Of a stretch of 64,000 nucleotides of DNA, positions 60,727-64,000 are shown piece after piece. Position 1 is the first letter of the stretch, and each line of letters begins with the position of its first letter. This DNA is from Dipteris shenzhenensis. Taxonomy: Eukaryota. Under the pieces are notes generated by a model, which worked only from the letters and a program-made list of their open reading frames with translations, was not told the origin of the DNA and did no database searches. The position numbers and the translations under genes were made by a program. Location: the NCBI GenBank assembly GCA_047967505.1, contig CM106538.1, one strand, 5' to 3'.

Positions 60727-63700
60727 TCTCTGGATCCTTCCTGGCCTGGGGAGTTGCCTTGTTGTCTTCTCCACCCTGACTACTCTCTGCCCCATCCTTC
60801 CTGGCTTTGAAGCTCTCTCATAGTTCTTGCATCACCTTTTTGGTTTCTGCATTCTCCCTTTTTAGCTCCTCCATCATCTGGTCTTTTTCAATGTTCAATG
60901 CATTTTGCATGTTGCAGAGCCGTTTGTAAAGACCCTCCTTTTCAGCTCTCTGATCTTCAAGATCCTTTCACATCTTTTCTAGCTCCTTGTCCACCATGTC
61001 TCGTCATTTCTCACTTCTTCGAGCCTATCTCGGAGCTCCTTCATGCGCTTCTCTGCTTCTTCTCTTCTATGCCTTTCCATGTCGACCAATTTTGTAGCAG
61101 CCTCAGCTTGCTCTTGTGCCTCCTCTACCTTGGCTTCTGCACCTTCCTTGAGACTTTTCTCAAGTTGTGATGCCTTTGTTTGCTGCATTGGTGGCTTTCT
61201 CTTGTAGAAAAGTCACCTTCTTTGATGAAGAGGATATTCTATTTCATTCTATTCCGAGGGCAACCTTGGCCTAGCCTACTGCTGTAGCTACATGCTACCC
61301 TACCCCAAAAAGGCTCCACCAAGTAGCATGCCATCCGGAGTTTGCTATCACATACACCTTAGCAATCCTCTAATTTACCATCTTCCTATCAATTCAAAGC
61401 ACTAAAAACATTAAAAACAAGCTTCAGATGATCAAAAATGCTTTCCAACAGGAAACACTTTCATCTTTTTCCATCTAAATACACACTTCTTCCCTCATTC
61501 CTCCCCTACGACTCCACTGTCAAAGCTCCAAGTAATTAATATTGAAATAATGAGCAATGGGTAAATGATGAGAGAAAGAAAGTGCAATGCAAAAGCATAC
61601 CTTGAACTCCCCGACAATGATGCCAAAGATGTGTAGTCTCTATGGTGACTCACATGTTGTGGGGATCTTGAAGGAATGCCAATGGAGCCTCCACTCCAAG
61701 CTATTCCTTGTGAGAGAGCAATGCAAAGCACGAGCCATCCACAAGTGTCACTCAAGTGGCTTGATTGTTGGAATATGTTTCCATGAGAGAAAGAGGAAAG
61801 GGGGAGAAGGGAGAAGGGGTGATGGTAGAATAGAGGGAGAGGGAGAGGGAGAGGGGAAGAACGAAGGGGGAGGGAGTGGCAAACACAAAGGAACTACAAG
61901 GGAAACAAGAGAACACCCAAAGACACTCTTTGAAGAGAAGAGGGAGCTTGTATTCCAAACTTGTGCATACAAAAATGAAGACCAAAGTCAACCATTTGGC
62001 CTTTTATACTAGTCACCTATTCAAGGGAGGGCCAACCATTTTCCTTATACCACTCTCTCTTCTCTCTTTTGTTACAACTGCTTGGGACCATATGGCGCCA
62101 TTGAGGCTTTCTCTCAACCTCCTCTTATCTTCAAATGGCTCTTGTGTTATCCATATATGGGATCCAAATGGCTCTTGTGTTATCCTTGCCAATTTGGGTG
62201 ATCTCGGTGCCTACCTCTGTCCTAAGACATTTGAGGCTCAAAACCCATAGGACTAGATCTATTTGAGCCATTTGCAGCTAAACCTCATAGGTCTAGATTG
62301 ATGTTGAGCCATTTGTCTCTCAAAACCCATAGGGCCAGATCCATCACCGTGCTTCATGGGTATGGCCATTAACACCAAGACTCCTTCTGACAACAATACT
62401 ACCCAGGGGCAATACAAACTGCAATGCGAGCGGGATCTAGCAAGCAGAGGATTCCCTTGAGAAGGAGAAGGTTGCTCGCCTTATGGTAGAAGGCACTAGG
62501 AGACGACCAAAAAGTTAGAACACAAGCTATAATAGACGCAAGAGGCCCTTGCCACCAAAAGATCTCACACAGTAGGTAGATTTTGAGGCATTGTAGTGAC
62601 AAGCTACCATAGATCAACAACAACATGCTTAGGTCATGGAGGAGAAACATGCACTAGAGCTCCAAGTCTAGCAACAACAAGCCACCCTGATTCAGCAATT
62701 TATATGTAGCTACCCATCAATGAGAGTAGCAAATACTAGCACTGCAAGTGGATTTGCAGGCAACCAGCACAAGAACCAGGTCTTCTCCACGAGAGGCTGC
62801 AAGAAGTGTCATCATCCTGAGCTTCCACACTCTACTTCACAATGCGCACTGTCCATGGCACCTACACATATTTTTTGCACACAGTCACCACCGCACCTTC
62901 ACCGCACTTCTTTGCCACAGCATCCTTTTTGAAAATACTCTAACACTGTATGACCTCAATGAGGCATTTCGCCACTCCACATTCCAAGCACACCCACTTA
63001 TAATTATGGCATACTTCTAGGAAGATCTAGTTTTGGAACAGGCCATGGATATCCTAACACTTTATTACCATCCCATTGTATATAATTCCATCGTCTGGGG
63101 TAGAGTGCTTCACGCCACCAACTTCCTTATGACTATGCCAATACTTGAACTTGTAAAGCCTTCTACCCTAAAAGACCTCCCCTACAATCCTAAAATTCTC
63201 CAATGTAGTCTTGAATGGATGCAGGGGTGCGGTCACAATGATGTTGAATTCATTGTCCACCACCTATTTAGGGGAAGAAGTGAAAGACATCCCCCTACCA
63301 GTATCATGGTCCTTTACAATAATATTTTGAAAGCCCTTTAGAACATGATTCACACTGACGTACATCAATTTGATGATTCACATGTGGCCTACCCTATGGA
63401 AGTCCATCATGATGATATGGACTTAACTTGACTCTTTTCTAGCCGCCCCACAACCACCTCCCTCCTCACATCATGATACTACACCTAGCACAAGCCCAAG
63501 CTCTATAGTCACTGGCACTCACACAAGCATGGGCATAACCACACATCCCTCCACCTCACAACATGGAATAGGGGAAACACAATAGTAGCCTCTCAATGGA
63601 GAGGGACACAAAGACATTGGTACCAAACAGTGGTACAATATACTAAAGCCCATGCTCTTCTCTTATCTAGAAGGGCCATACAAAGAGGAGTCAAAAGAGG

Positions 63701-64000
63701 AAGCTTCCCAACATCCCCTAGAGAAAGAGGATCAATAGGCAACCACAAGACTCCACACCAGACCACAATACCTGATATGAGGCAATAAATTCCTTTAGAT
63801 CAGTTGAAGATATGGCAAATATGAACAAGTGGAAAGGAAAGGTGAAAAGCTTTCACCTCTCTCGGAAAGACATAATGGAAGTGAAAGCTTTAAATAAGCT
63901 CATTCAACGCAGCTTCCACAAATGGCGATGTGAACATGATCGGCGTACATGGAAATGATAGAACCAACTTGACTACAACATCATACCATAAGCCGATAAA

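Noticed and set aside
62400-64000. Possible gag-like remnant at the window end
   Set aside because: No diagnostic motif recognised.

Overview
Eukaryotic, repeat-rich land-plant genomic DNA. The style of genes, introns and transposons suggests a fern or other non-seed vascular plant, but this cannot be shown from the window alone. Two host genes are recognisable. One is the first three exons of a SUD1/CER9 (Doa10/MARCH6-type RING-CH) E3 ligase on the minus strand; its third intron holds a stack of Copia pieces and the rest of the gene lies left of the window. The other is a complete three-exon DUF506 (PD-(D/E)XK-like) gene with a single-ATG upstream ORF in its leader. The remainder is mostly transposon-derived: a gag-only Copia element, a decayed Athila/Tat-type Gypsy, CACTA and LINE remnants, a retroposed insert with a 16-bp target duplication, and a 7.5-kb microsatellite-rich mosaic repeat carrying sequence-diverged hairpins. 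The most notable structure is at 49-59 kb: an intron-containing DDD transposase of apparent Sola2 type, a group not usually associated with plants. It is split right after its first catalytic motif by a complete 5.6-kb CACTA-family element with CACAA termini, head-to-head genes and four arrays of one binding-site-like motif. All family assignments come from motif recognition by eye; no database searches were run.
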